64,000 bases of DNA from Candidatus Zhuqueibacterota bacterium (GTDB lineage Bacteria > Zhuqueibacterota > Zhuqueibacteria > JANLFK01 > Oleimicrobiaceae). Location of the stretch: NCBI GenBank assembly GCA_024655945.1, contig JANLFK010000004.1:545-64544 (forward strand). The letters run 5' to 3'. The position numbers and the translations under genes are program-made. This document shows positions 21,167 to 31,180 of the stretch, piece after piece. Each line of letters opens with the position of its first letter. The stretch's first letter is position 1. The notes beneath the pieces were generated by a model. It saw only the letters and a list, made by a program, of their open reading frames with translations. It did no database searches and had not been told where the DNA came from.

Positions 21167-22586
21167 GCCAGTACTCCAGGTTAAAGTCGCAGATCTCCAG
21201 CCAGCGATAGCAGGCCTGCTTGCCTTTTTCGACCTTCACGAGCAGCACCCCGTTTGTGCCCCAGTTGTTGATTTCACCAAACGGATTCGCGCCCAGGGGA
21301 AAGAGGCCCAGCCCGTCGGTCCGGCCGGCGAGGGCGGGCTTGGGTGCGATGCGCTTTTCGGTGTAGCCCAGTGGTTCGGCCCGAAATACGCTCACCAGCG
21401 CGTTGGGCAGTGGGCGATAATCAGCATCCAGCACCAGGAGTTCGTTCTCTGCCGGCAGATCGAGCAGGTACTCGCCGAAGTGGCCGCGGCGCACCCCTTT
21501 GTCGCGATTCAGGGAGGCAGCGGTGTGCTCGCAGAAGAAGTGCACTTCATCTTGGGGCAGGTAGATGCCTGTGTGCATGAGGCAGAGCCGGTATTTCGAC
21601 CGATAGGCCTCATGGTTGACCAGATTCTGTTCGGCCGTGACGTCCAGGCAATAGAGGTCGATGCGCCCGAGCTGGTGCCCGAGCTCGTGAATCAGTGACC
21701 ACTCGTGGGCAATTGCCCAAGGGTTCTTCTCGTAGAACTGGTCGGTCAGGTAGGTCGCCTTGAAGCCCCAACGCCCGTCCCACTCCAGGTCCTCCGGGGC
21801 ATGCGTGCCCTCCGGGTCCAATTCTCCGTCCGGGTGGATGGTAATCATGTCCAGGCGCACGCGCTCTTCCACGCCGTGGGGAGTAGTGGGATAGACTGCG
21901 GCGCGAAACAGGTCGTTCATCAGTGCTATCTGGCTCTGGGCCCAGTCCTCCCACGAGTAGGTTCCCCATGAGTTCTTGACGGTGCGAAAATAGTCGTAGA
22001 GCGCGCGCTCCACATGGAAATGGAAAGAGAGCGCATCGGTGCGCTCGGTGAGTTGGTTGTTGCGCTGGCTGATTTCAGGGATCACATCTTGCGGGTCCAC
22101 CTGGAACGAGACGGTGTGAGGGCCTTCTTGCCAGCGCCAGACCAGCTTAAAGACCGCTTCCTGCTCAGGAAGGAGCGGCTCCCCTTGCGGGGCCGCAACA
22201 ATCCGCCCGTCGATCGTCCACAGAGAGCCAAAGCCGGGAGCCGGGGCCTCGCCGTGGTTTCGCACGTGAGCGATAAAGGTGACGGTGTCGCCTGGAGCCG
22301 GCCAGCGCTTCTTTGTTTGCTCCTCTGCCGTCAGGTAGGGTCGCACGTCACCTACCAGGCCATCCGCGCGCTCATGGTAGGAGACGACCAGCCGCGGATA
22401 GCGGGGGGTGCGGCTGATGAAGGTGACATCGAGATCGGGGAGGTCACTCGGCTTGCCGGTGGCAGGGAAGAGCTGCCCCGGCCAGGCGGCCGGCATTGCG
22501 ATCAGCGCCAGCAGTAGCCATCTTTGCACGCCATCTCTCCTTGTTTGCCACGTCCCATGCCCCCGGTCGTTGTCCCCGTTTCTCAT
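21117..22586 (-). CDS. Secreted CARDB-domain protein with an HExxH (HELGH) metallopeptidase-like motif
   Basis: Signal peptide; PDL...VRNHG...VDPQDVIPEISQRNN (CARDB); LIHELGHQLG..D; later CLM Met-turn-like motif. Confidence 0.65.
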   Translation of the reverse strand: MRNGDNDRGHGTWQTRRDGVQRWLLLALIAMPAAWPGQLFPATGKPSDLPDLDVTFISRTPRYPRLVVSYHERADGLVGDVRPYLTAEEQTKKRWPAPGDTVTFIAHVRNHGEAPAPGFGSLWTIDGRIVAAPQGEPLLPEQEAVFKLVWRWQEGPHTVSFQVDPQDVIPEISQRNNQLTERTDALSFHFHVERALYDYFRTVKNSWGTYSWEDWAQSQIALMNDLFRAAVYPTTPHGVEERVRLDMITIHPDGELDPEGTHAPEDLEWDGRWGFKATYLTDQFYEKNPWAIAHEWSLIHELGHQLGRIDLYCLDVTAEQNLVNHEAYRSKYRLCLMHTGIYLPQDEVHFFCEHTAASLNRDKGVRRGHFGEYLLDLPAENELLVLDADYRPLPNALVSVFRAEPLGYTEKRIAPKPALAGRTDGLGLFPLGANPFGEINNWGTNGVLLVKVEKGKQACYRWLEICDFNLEYWRGNHDKATYAVFTDLR

Positions 22587-24568
22587 GGGGTCGACTGCGG
22601 TCTTGCCACTTGACGATAGACCTCTGCCTCCACGAACAGGCGGAAGAGTTCAGCATCGAGGAGGCCAGCCCGCACCTCGGCGGTAAGGATGTCCAGAGCC
22701 TTTTCGGGCGGCACCGCCTTCTTGTAGGGGCGATCCCACGCGGTAAGGGCGTCGTAGATATCGGCGATGGCCATCATCCTGGACTGCACGGGGATCTCCG
22801 GGGCGGAAAGACGGCGCGGGTAGCCGCTGCCGTCCAACTTCTCATGATGCGCGTAGGCGATCTCGGGCACCGGCTTCAGCTCCGAGGTCCAAGGGATCTT
22901 GCTCAAGAAGTTGTAGGTATGAGTGACGTGGGACTCGATTTCGGCGCGCTCCTCGTCGCTCAAACTCCCCTTGGCGATGGAGAGCAACTTGACCTCCTCC
23001 TCGTCCAGGTAGCGGATGCGTTCGCCGTCATCTTCGTACCAGAGCTGCGCAATCGCAAGAAGCTTGTCCAGACCACCTTGCTGCAGCACCGTCGGTTCGT
23101 TTGCCCGGATGATGAACTCCAGGTAATCGTCCAGCTCGCGCAGCCGGCGCGCGAACTCTTCGTCGAGGTAGGCGCACGCCCGCAAGGCTTCTTCGCGCGA
23201 GGTGGTCAGGAAGTACTTCACCTTTTCGGCCGTGTAGCGCTGCTGCAAAGCCCGCCTGAGGTAGCGAAACCTCCCTTTGATGATTTCCAGCTGCGCGGGG
23301 TAAAGCTTTTTCGCCTTCACCAGCACGTGCTCGCGCACGCCAATCTTGCCAAAGTCGTGCAGCAAGCCCGCGTACTTGATCTGCTGGATCTGGTCGCGGG
23401 TAAAGTGCACGGCGCGGTACGGCCCAGTCTCGACGCGGTCGACCACCTCAGCGATGCCCACCGACAGGGTTGCTACCCGCTCCGAGTGGCCGTAGGTGGT
23501 GGGATCTCGCTGTTCAATGGCCAGCACAGAGGCGCGCACGAAGCCTTCGAACAGCTCCCTTATCTCTTGGTACAGGCGTGTGTTCTCGATGGCCACTGCT
23601 GCCTGGCTGGCTAAGGACGACGCCAAGTGCACGCACTTGTCGTCGAAGGGCAGGATCTCCTGCTCGATGGCCTCTGGACCGGTCAGCTTGGCTTCCCAAT
23701 GCCGCTTGCGGTTGATGAGCTGCAGCACGCCAATCACTTCCCCCTTGTGCGTGCGCATGGGGATGCCGAGGATGGACTTGGTGCGGTAGCCGGTGCTCAG
23801 GTCGAAGCTGCGGTTGTGGCTGAACTCGGCATCCTCTGGCAGGGCGTAGGCATCCTCGATGTTCAACGGCTCCCCGGTGAGGGCCACATAGCCGGCAATG
23901 CTCCGCTTTTCGATGGGCATGACGAACTCGTTGTAGCTGATCTGCAACGAGTCGTTATGGGAGAGCTTGAAGCGGAGCTGCTTGTTGGCAAAGGGGTTGC
24001 GCTCACCAACGGGCGCACCGGGGATCTGCTCCACGAGGTAAAGGCTGCCTGCGTCTGCCCAGGTGATCTCTCTGCTCTTGCGCAGAATCATCTCCAGAAG
24101 CACGTCCAAGTCGCGTTCCGAGGAGAGAGCAATGCCTATCTGGTTCAGCTCGTGGAGGTCTTGCGCCTGTTCTTCCAACTGGGAGGCGAGGGTGCGGAGC
24201 TCGCGGCGAAGCTGCAGGTGGGACTGGGCGTTTTGCACCAAGCGCACCAGGCGCAGCGGCGAAGCGTTCGGCTCCAACACGTCAAAGACAAGGCTCGGGT
24301 CGAGGCTGGCCGACACGCCATCTCCCAGGACCGCCAAGAGGAGGTGCTCCCCCTGCCAGCCTTTACGCACCGCCGCAGTCACCTCCTGTGCGGCAATCGC
24401 CTGCGGGTGCGCGATGAGGAGGCATGGGTGGTCGCCGTCGAGCCTTCGCAACAGCTCTGCATCGGAAAGTGCCACAAAGAAGTCGACTTCGCGCCCCAAC
24501 AGTTGCCGCGCCTCGGCGAAAGGGAGGCCGGCCTCGTCCCCGCGAACGATCACCTGAAAGCTGTGCAT
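22583..24568 (-). CDS. GAF plus HD-GYP cyclic dinucleotide phosphodiesterase
   Basis: GAF domain (ADAGSLY, GYRTKSIL, GVLQLIN), GHSERVA, LLHDFGKIG, HHEKLDGSGYP, ADIYDALT..DRPYK. Confidence 0.9.
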   Translation of the reverse strand: MHSFQVIVRGDEAGLPFAEARQLLGREVDFFVALSDAELLRRLDGDHPCLLIAHPQAIAAQEVTAAVRKGWQGEHLLLAVLGDGVSASLDPSLVFDVLEPNASPLRLVRLVQNAQSHLQLRRELRTLASQLEEQAQDLHELNQIGIALSSERDLDVLLEMILRKSREITWADAGSLYLVEQIPGAPVGERNPFANKQLRFKLSHNDSLQISYNEFVMPIEKRSIAGYVALTGEPLNIEDAYALPEDAEFSHNRSFDLSTGYRTKSILGIPMRTHKGEVIGVLQLINRKRHWEAKLTGPEAIEQEILPFDDKCVHLASSLASQAAVAIENTRLYQEIRELFEGFVRASVLAIEQRDPTTYGHSERVATLSVGIAEVVDRVETGPYRAVHFTRDQIQQIKYAGLLHDFGKIGVREHVLVKAKKLYPAQLEIIKGRFRYLRRALQQRYTAEKVKYFLTTSREEALRACAYLDEEFARRLRELDDYLEFIIRANEPTVLQQGGLDKLLAIAQLWYEDDGERIRYLDEEEVKLLSIAKGSLSDEERAEIESHVTHTYNFLSKIPWTSELKPVPEIAYAHHEKLDGSGYPRRLSAPEIPVQSRMMAIADIYDALTAWDRPYKKAVPPEKALDILTAEVRAGLLDAELFRLFVEAEVYRQVARPQSTP

Positions 24569-24610
24569 GACCACCTGCCGGACAGTGATGTCTTCTATGC
24601 TTGCCGACGA

Positions 24611-24639
24611 AATATACCACGCGGCAAGCAGAATTTCAA
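24611..24639 (-). promoter_or_regulatory. Sigma70-like promoter for the HD-GYP gene
   Basis: TTGAAA-17-TATATT on the minus strand; implies the HD-GYP start is near 24568 rather than 24706. Confidence 0.55.
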
Positions 24640-25556
24640 CCGCTTTCTCCCGTGCCGGACCCAGGGGCGGCACGCGCCGTTCCGGCGCGGGCAGTGAGGT
24701 AGACACCTGCCAAGATCACCATACCGCCAAGTGCCTTGGTAGCGGAAACGGTCTCGGCGAGGATGAAGTAGGCCAGTACCGTGGCCCCCACCGGTTCGCC
24801 CAGGACCAGCACAGACACCACCGAGGCCGGCAGGAAACGCAGACCATAGTTGAAGCTGGTGTGGCCGATCACCTGGGGTACCAGGCCGATCAGCAGAAGG
24901 AGGAGCAAGGTACTGGTCGGATATGGCCAGAGGCGTGCGCCGCTGAGCAGGGCGAGCGCCGTGAGCAGGATAGCGGCCGTGCTGTACACGACCGCGGCGT
25001 AGTGCAAGATGCCGATCGTCGCCCGCAGCCGCCTTCCCGCCAGCCAGTAGCCTGCTGCCCCCACCGCTCCGGCTAAGGCCAGAAGGTCCCCTCGCAGAGT
25101 GTCCACCCCTAAGCCCCAATCCTGGCCGGCGATGATAATGCCCCCGAGCATGGCCAAACCGATGCCCAGCCAGAGAAGAGGCGGCACACTCTCGCGGAGA
25201 AGGAGGCGCGAACCCAAGGCGACGAATATCGGCGCCGTTTGCACCAAGACCACAGAACTGGCAACCGAAGTGTAGCGCAGTGAGGTGATCCAGGTGGCGA
25301 AATGCAGGCAGAGGAAGGCACCGGAGGCAATTGCTATGCGGAGCTGCGGCGGCGAGAAGGGGCGGAGAGGCGACCAGCCCTTCACCAGCGTGGCGGCCAC
25401 GAACACGAAAGCCGCAATGGTCAAGCGGTAGGCAGCGATTGCCAACGGCGGCGCAGCGCAGAGCTTGATGAGGATGGAGGCCAAAGACACCGCCAGCAGG
25501 CCGACGAGCACCAGGGCCCAGATCAAGCGCGCGCGCTGTTGGGAAGAAGAGGGCAT
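24636..25556 (-). CDS. DMT/EamA family transporter
   Basis: Two EamA repeats; HFATWITSLRYTSVASS, GHTSFN, GEPVGA. Confidence 0.88.
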   Translation of the reverse strand: MPSSSQQRARLIWALVLVGLLAVSLASILIKLCAAPPLAIAAYRLTIAAFVFVAATLVKGWSPLRPFSPPQLRIAIASGAFLCLHFATWITSLRYTSVASSVVLVQTAPIFVALGSRLLLRESVPPLLWLGIGLAMLGGIIIAGQDWGLGVDTLRGDLLALAGAVGAAGYWLAGRRLRATIGILHYAAVVYSTAAILLTALALLSGARLWPYPTSTLLLLLLIGLVPQVIGHTSFNYGLRFLPASVVSVLVLGEPVGATVLAYFILAETVSATKALGGMVILAGVYLTARAGTARAAPGSGTGESG

Positions 25557-25560
25557 ACGC

Positions 25561-26490
25561 CTAATCTCGTTCCCGCAATGAAACAGTTACGCTCATCAGG
25601 TCTGAGGCGACCTCGGTTTGCGCGAATAGCGCCCGACTCTCACTGAGCAGCGGCGAACCATCGTCCACATAGCGCGCGCTGATATGGGTGAGAAAGAGGC
25701 GACGCGCGCCGGCTTGTGCCGCAATTTCCGCCGCCTGCTGCGCCGTGGAGTGGCCGGTCTCACGAGCACGATCGTCCTCGTCTTGGGCAAAAGTGCCGTC
25801 GTGGATGAGGAGGTCAGCCCGCTTCGCCAGCAAGGCGGCGGAAGCGCACGGCCTAGTATCCACACAGTAGGCAACCCTGCGCCCCCGACGAGGTGGCCCA
25901 ACCACGGCCTCGGGTTTGACGAGCCTGCCATTGGAAAGGACGACCGGCTCGCCCCGTACCAATGCGGCTCGCTCTGGTCCCTCGGGGATGCCCAACCGCG
26001 TCGCCATCTCCGCATCGAATTTCCCCGGCAGGTCATTTTCCACGAAACAGAAGCCGAGGCAGAACGTGGTGTGCTCCAAAGCCCGCACCTCCAGCGTTGC
26101 TTTCGCCAGGCGCAGCGCCAGATAATCCTGCTGCGGCGTCACCTCCGTGATGTGCAGGTCAAACGACGGCCGGGTGCCGGTTAGTCGCTGAGTCGTGCGC
26201 AGGTACTCGCTCAGGCCCTGCGGCCCCACCAGTTGCAGGGGCGCCACACGAGACATCAGCGTCTGCGAGGCCAGAAGCCCGGGCAGACCGAAAAAGTGGT
26301 CACCGTGCAGGTGGGAAATGCAGATGCAGGCGATCTTGTGGGGCGACAAGCCGGCGCGCTGCAGCTGAAACTGCGTGCCCTCACCGCAGTCGAAGAGAGT
26401 GATGATCCCATTGTGGGAGAGGGCCACCGCCGGAAGCGCGCGCTTGGGCATGGGTAAAGAGGCGCCGGTGCCGAGAAAGGTGACTTGCAC
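25561..26490 (-). CDS. rnz: Ribonuclease Z
   Basis: FLGTGA..P, FDCGEGTQ, SHLHGDH, GP-rich exosite arm, GHST, LTHISARY. Confidence 0.92.
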   Translation of the reverse strand: MQVTFLGTGASLPMPKRALPAVALSHNGIITLFDCGEGTQFQLQRAGLSPHKIACICISHLHGDHFFGLPGLLASQTLMSRVAPLQLVGPQGLSEYLRTTQRLTGTRPSFDLHITEVTPQQDYLALRLAKATLEVRALEHTTFCLGFCFVENDLPGKFDAEMATRLGIPEGPERAALVRGEPVVLSNGRLVKPEAVVGPPRRGRRVAYCVDTRPCASAALLAKRADLLIHDGTFAQDEDDRARETGHSTAQQAAEIAAQAGARRLFLTHISARYVDDGSPLLSESRALFAQTEVASDLMSVTVSLRERD

Positions 26491-26675
26491 GTCTGGCTTC
26501 GGCCTCCCGTTACGACCTCAGCGCGCCGCCGGTGTCAGACTGCTTCGCCGCTCGCGCAGCCCGAGCGGCTATGTCCAAGGTCGCCCGGACCTGCGCTGAC
26601 CCGCACGTTGGCTTCGCTGGTTCTTCGCTGGCTATTGGCATTGTCTTTCCACGTGGCACAGCAAGGCGGCTCTGC

Positions 26676-27332
26676 CTATTCGCGCGCTGCAGTCTGAGCA
26701 TCTTGTCGCTTGCTCCCGAAGCGGTTCTCGGTGCCGGCCAGGAGCCTGCGGATGTTACTCCGATGGGCAAAAACGATGAGCGCCGCGACGAGCGCCGCGA
26801 ACACCAACAAGTACGGATCCGCGGGCCAATGAAACGCTGCCCTGAAGAGGACGAGCAATGCGGGGAGGAGGGTCACTGCGGTGAGCGAGGCCAAGGAGAC
26901 ATAGCGAGTGGCGAAGGCCACCGCGAAAAACACCACTGCGCAGATGAGGGTAGCCAAAGGATAGAGCGCAAGCATTACGCCGGCACCGGTGCCGACCCCT
27001 TTGCCGCCGCGGAACCCCGCGAACACGGTGTAGATGTGGCCCACCACTGCGCTGGTCCCGGCCAAGATTTGCACAAGAGCAGGGTGACCGGGAATGGCTG
27101 CGAAAGCCAGCGGGGCGATGAATCGCGCTGCGACAAATCCCTTGCCCACGTCGACTATCATCACCAGCAGGGCAAGTCGCCAGCCCAACACGCGCAGCAC
27201 ATTTGTGGCGCCGGCGTTGCCACTGCCATAATCGCGAATGTCGATGCCCCGAAAGAGTCTGCTGACGATGATGCTGGTCGGGACGGATCCCGCCAAGTAG
27301 CTCAGCACCATCACGATGGGTAGGTTCAACAT
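26676..27332 (-). CDS. plsY: Acyl-phosphate:glycerol-3-phosphate acyltransferase
   Basis: DIRDYGSGNAGATNVLR, D..KG, GH....FRGGKGVGT, HRSNIRRL..GTE. Confidence 0.95.
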   Translation of the reverse strand: MLNLPIVMVLSYLAGSVPTSIIVSRLFRGIDIRDYGSGNAGATNVLRVLGWRLALLVMIVDVGKGFVAARFIAPLAFAAIPGHPALVQILAGTSAVVGHIYTVFAGFRGGKGVGTGAGVMLALYPLATLICAVVFFAVAFATRYVSLASLTAVTLLPALLVLFRAAFHWPADPYLLVFAALVAALIVFAHRSNIRRLLAGTENRFGSKRQDAQTAARE

Positions 27333-27367
27333 CGCCTTGGCCTCTCCTAACGTGCGAGCGGTTGGCC

Positions 27368-29224
27368 TCAGGGACCTTCCATACCCAGCACGGCGACTGC
27401 CGCGGCTCCAGGTCCTACATGCGCGCCGAGCACCGGGGCGGCATCGACGACCCAGATCCCTTGCTGGCCGGTGGCCGCCTCGAGGCGTGCAGCCAGCCAG
27501 TTCCCAAGCTCCGGAGCGTGCGAGTGCGCCACGGCAAAGCGGGGCGCGGCAAATCGTCGGGCATGGCGGAGCACCAGCTTGAGAATCTTCTCCAGAGCCA
27601 TCTTCCCCCCAAAGGTCTTTGCCACCTCCACCGCCTGGCCCTGTTCGTCAAGGCTGATGACCGGTTTGATGCCGAGAAGGGTGCCGATGCCGGCCTTCAG
27701 CCAACTGACCCGGCCACTGCGCAGCAAGTAGCGCAGCGTCGGCACAGCTAAGAAGATGCGCACATTGTCCGCAGCCCGCTGCACGCGCTCCACAACCTCA
27801 TCTACGTCAAGCCCCCGTCGGATGGCCTCCACCGCCTGCTCAACAACCAGGCCTAAGGCGATGGAAGCGCTTTTCCCGTCCACCACATGCAGCCTCTTCC
27901 TTGGGCACCGCTGCGCAGCAATCCTTGCGGCCTGCAGGGTACCGCTCAAGGCCCCGGCAAGGTGGATTGCCACCACGGACTGATGCTTCGCTAAGGCTTG
28001 GCGATAGATGGGCAGAATGTCTCCCGGTGCCGGCTGCGAGGTAGTTGGATGGACGGCCTCGGTGAGGAGTTTCTTATAGAAAGCATCCGGCTGCAGTTCC
28101 ACCTTGTCCAGGTAAGACTGGGCGCCGAAGTGCACGGTGAGCGGCACCACCAGAATATTGTGTTGCTTCATGAACTCGTCGGGCAAATCGCAGGAACTGT
28201 CCGTAACCACCGCAATGCCCTTGCGCTTTGGTTGCGCCTTCGGGATGCGTTGTGCGCGCATGTCGTCAATCTTGACTGCGGAAACCTGGCCGTACCTCGC
28301 CAGGAGTTGCAATGCGGCTTGCGGGTCATCGGTGTGCAGGTGGATGCGCATTTTGGCGCTCCGACCGGCAACGATGAGCGAGTCGCCCAGTGGGCCCAGC
28401 AGCGAGGCCAGGCGGCGGCGCCCAGCGCGGGATTCCGACAGCAGACACTCCGTGCAAAACCGATACTTTGACTCTTCTGGTGATTCTGTGCGCGGCGGGC
28501 GGAAGCGGTGCGCGATGCGGCGTCGCAATGCTGCGCCGCGAATGCGACCGGTCTCGATAAAGTCGACAATCCCCTCCAGAAGGTGTACAAAACCTTGCGC
28601 TCCCGCGTCGACCACGCCTGCGCGTGCCAGCACGTCAAGCTTGCGAGGTGTCTCGGCCAGGGAGCGGCGTGCCTCGCCCAACGAGTCGCGGAGGAGCTCG
28701 GCAAAGTCACTCTTGCGCTCTGCGTGACGATGGAAATGAGCAGCCCAGTCGCGCATCACCGTGATGATGGTGCCCTCTCGCGGATTGGCGATGGCCTGGC
28801 GTGCACGCTCGGCCGCGCGCAACACTGCTCTGCCGAAGGCGCGGGTGGATACCCGCCACTTGCCGCGCAACTCTTGGCGCAGGCCCTCAAAGAACTGAGC
28901 GAGAATCGCCCCGGAGTTTCCTCGCGCCCCATTGAGGGCTGACTCAGCAGCTACCTTGCCGACATCGGCGATGGAACGTCCGTCGCACTGCGCCACAGCC
29001 TCAGCGACCGACGACATCGTGGTGGCCATGTTCGTGCCGGTGTCGGCATCGGCCACCGGGAAGACGTTGATCACGTCCAGTTCCCGCTGCGCGCGAATCA
29101 CAAAATGAGAGCCGGCGACGATCGCCCGCTTCAGGCGCTGCCCGTCCAAATAGCGTATCTTTGTTTCCCTTGCTCTTGGTGCCGTTGTTAACGCCCTTTC
29201 TGCACAACGTTCGCCCGCAGGCAA
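27368..29224 (-). CDS. DAK2 (FakA-like) plus DegV (FakB-like) fusion, putative fatty acid kinase (start uncertain)
   Basis: INVFPVADADTGTNM, ARGNSG, EGTIITV, VVDAGAQG, FCTE, HLHT; DegV part VTDSSCDL, PTTSQP, LSGT, SGR, GAHVGPG. Confidence 0.88.
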   Translation of the reverse strand: MPAGERCAERALTTAPRARETKIRYLDGQRLKRAIVAGSHFVIRAQRELDVINVFPVADADTGTNMATTMSSVAEAVAQCDGRSIADVGKVAAESALNGARGNSGAILAQFFEGLRQELRGKWRVSTRAFGRAVLRAAERARQAIANPREGTIITVMRDWAAHFHRHAERKSDFAELLRDSLGEARRSLAETPRKLDVLARAGVVDAGAQGFVHLLEGIVDFIETGRIRGAALRRRIAHRFRPPRTESPEESKYRFCTECLLSESRAGRRRLASLLGPLGDSLIVAGRSAKMRIHLHTDDPQAALQLLARYGQVSAVKIDDMRAQRIPKAQPKRKGIAVVTDSSCDLPDEFMKQHNILVVPLTVHFGAQSYLDKVELQPDAFYKKLLTEAVHPTTSQPAPGDILPIYRQALAKHQSVVAIHLAGALSGTLQAARIAAQRCPRKRLHVVDGKSASIALGLVVEQAVEAIRRGLDVDEVVERVQRAADNVRIFLAVPTLRYLLRSGRVSWLKAGIGTLLGIKPVISLDEQGQAVEVAKTFGGKMALEKILKLVLRHARRFAAPRFAVAHSHAPELGNWLAARLEAATGQQGIWVVDAAPVLGAHVGPGAAAVAVLGMEGP

Positions 29225-29305
29225 CTTGCTTCCTCTCGCCCCGATTGCGCGCCCCGCGCGTTTGATCTCTCCTCGCAGCGCGGTCCTTTGCCGCGCTGGC
29301 GTTCC

Positions 29306-30223
29306 CTAACAGCCGTTCTGCGGCCGCTTGCGATCAGTTGCGTCCCCGGCCCTGCTGCGAAAATGCTGTAGCCAGCGGGCAGCCATCTCGTCGCGGCCCG
29401 CCAGCAGGTCGCATGCCAGCACCGCCTTGATGACCTCGGGTCGCGTTGGGTCGACGATGGGGCAGTTGACGCCCATGGCAATGGCCATGACCAGCATGCT
29501 CAAGTTGAGCGCAGCGCGATCCGGCAGGCCGAAGGAGGTGTTGCTCACTCCTAAGGTCAGATTGGTGCCCAAATGCTCCCGGATCAACCGCGCCGTCTCC
29601 AGCGTGACTGCGGCAGCTCGCGTGTCGGTGCTCACGGGCAGAGCAAGCGGGTCGAGGATAACATCGGCCAGCGGGATGCCAAAGGCTACGGCCCGGTCGA
29701 CGATCTTTTCGGCGACCTGCAGCCGGCGGCGCGGTTCGGAGCTAATCCCCTCCTCGTCATAGCACAGGCCAATCACCGCAGCGCCATGGCGCATAGCCAG
29801 AGGAAGGATGGTCTCCAAGGCCTGCCTCTCGCCGGTGGTGGAGTTGACGATTACCTTGCCAGTGCAGACCGCCAGCGCTGCCTCCACGGCCTTAACATTG
29901 CCGCTGTCCAGCGACAGCGGGAGGTCAGTGCACTCCATTGCCGCCTGCACGGCAGCGGGCAGCAGCTCCACTTCGTTGACCCCGTCTGTGCCGACGTTGA
30001 TGTCGATGACCCCGGCCCCGGCAGCCGTCTGCTCTGCAGCCCAACGGCGCACGCTGGACAGGTCGCCGCGGCGCAGCTCCTCTGCAAACTGCTGCTTGCC
30101 CGTGGGGTTGATCTTCTCGCCGATGATTACCACCGGTTCTTGCCGACCGAGCACCACCGCGCGGCCTCCGGGGCGGCCGAGGACCGTGCGCAGGGGAGAT
30201 CTAATGTCGCCGCTCCTTAGCAC
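29306..30223 (-). CDS. Stand-alone pterin-binding (methyltetrahydrofolate:corrinoid methyltransferase, AcsE/MetH-Fol-like) protein
   Basis: IGEKINPTGK, IDINVG, LSLDS, IVNS, LDPL, GVSNTSFGLP. Confidence 0.8.
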   Translation of the reverse strand: MLRSGDIRSPLRTVLGRPGGRAVVLGRQEPVVIIGEKINPTGKQQFAEELRRGDLSSVRRWAAEQTAAGAGVIDINVGTDGVNEVELLPAAVQAAMECTDLPLSLDSGNVKAVEAALAVCTGKVIVNSTTGERQALETILPLAMRHGAAVIGLCYDEEGISSEPRRRLQVAEKIVDRAVAFGIPLADVILDPLALPVSTDTRAAAVTLETARLIREHLGTNLTLGVSNTSFGLPDRAALNLSMLVMAIAMGVNCPIVDPTRPEVIKAVLACDLLAGRDEMAARWLQHFRSRAGDATDRKRPQNGC

Positions 30224-30224
30224 G

Positions 30225-30480
30225 TCACCCCTCGCCGTGTTCCTTGGCTCCCGGCAACCCTCCCATGAGGCGTCGCGACAAGGCGAAGATCTGGCCCCAC
30301 AGGAAGGTGCGGCTCAGCCCCCGCGCGCACAGCGGGCTCACCCAACTGCCGCCAGGAAGCACCTGGCTGGCGATCTGCCCCGAGGCGCTGTACAGTGTTG
30401 GCTGAGTCCGCATAGAGAGCCCTGCCGATCAATCCTGAGGCGCCGCTGACCGCCATGTGCGTTGCCTCACGCATCCTCAC
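30225..30480 (-). pseudogene. Internally deleted relic of an NAD-dependent epimerase (TIGR01777-like)
   Basis: N-terminal MAVSGASGLIGRAL Rossmann motif and a nearby IASQVLP in another frame; the middle of the gene is missing. Confidence 0.35.
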
Positions 30481-31180
30481 CCTGTGGGCCACCATTGAGC
30501 ACCAGATGCGCTTCCCGGGCGAAGGTTTCCTCCCCGCGCACTGCTTCGTCGGGGGGCACTGCCGCCCGTCGCAGGTACGAGCGCGGATTGATGGCAGGAA
30601 AGAACTTGCGGGTCGTCTTCATGTAGCTGCGGTACTTCTCTCCGAAGCGCTCGATGAGCAAAGCCTCTTCTTTCCTCAGGCGCAGGGTCATCAACGAAAG
30701 GATGATGGCCGTCCCCATCAGCCCAATCCCCGCATTTTCCGAGACCAGGAAAGCTGCCACGAAGAGCAGCAGGTATGACGAATACATGGGGTGCCTGACC
30801 CAGCGGTACGGGCCTGTCTGCACCAGGGTGTGATGCGCCTTGGGCACGACGGAGGTGGTGAAGTTATTTCCCAAGGCGTGGTGCACCGACCAGAGGGCCA
30901 ACAGAGCCCCGAGGCCCAGCGCCAGCCCTGCCAGGCGTGCGGTCGCCGGCAGCGGAACGGTCATCCAGGATAGCCTCTGCGGGGCGAGGCAGTAGCACAG
31001 CGTCGCCAGAAGCAGCGGCACGCCGAAAAGGACTCGCACGACCGGTACCAGATTCCCCTCCGCTCGCAGAGGGGGCGGCTCTCTGAGCAGTCCCGCCCTC
31101 GCACGGTAGTAGAGGCGCATGACGCTGAGCAAGGTGAAGATGGTAAAGAAACCAACCCGGAAGAAGGAGGGTGAAGTCAT
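30467..31180 (-). CDS. Isoprenylcysteine carboxyl methyltransferase (ICMT/PEMT) family membrane protein
   Basis: ALGNNFT, LVQTGPYRWVRHPMY, EEALLIERFGEKYRSY. Confidence 0.85.
   Translation of the reverse strand: MTSPSFFRVGFFTIFTLLSVMRLYYRARAGLLREPPPLRAEGNLVPVVRVLFGVPLLLATLCYCLAPQRLSWMTVPLPATARLAGLALGLGALLALWSVHHALGNNFTTSVVPKAHHTLVQTGPYRWVRHPMYSSYLLLFVAAFLVSENAGIGLMGTAIILSLMTLRLRKEEALLIERFGEKYRSYMKTTRKFFPAINPRSYLRRAAVPPDEAVRGEETFAREAHLVLNGGPQGEDA

Noticed and set aside
24569..24706. Extended N-terminus of the HD-GYP ORF
   Set aside because: It overlaps the DMT gene and contains a good promoter, so the later ATG is preferred.
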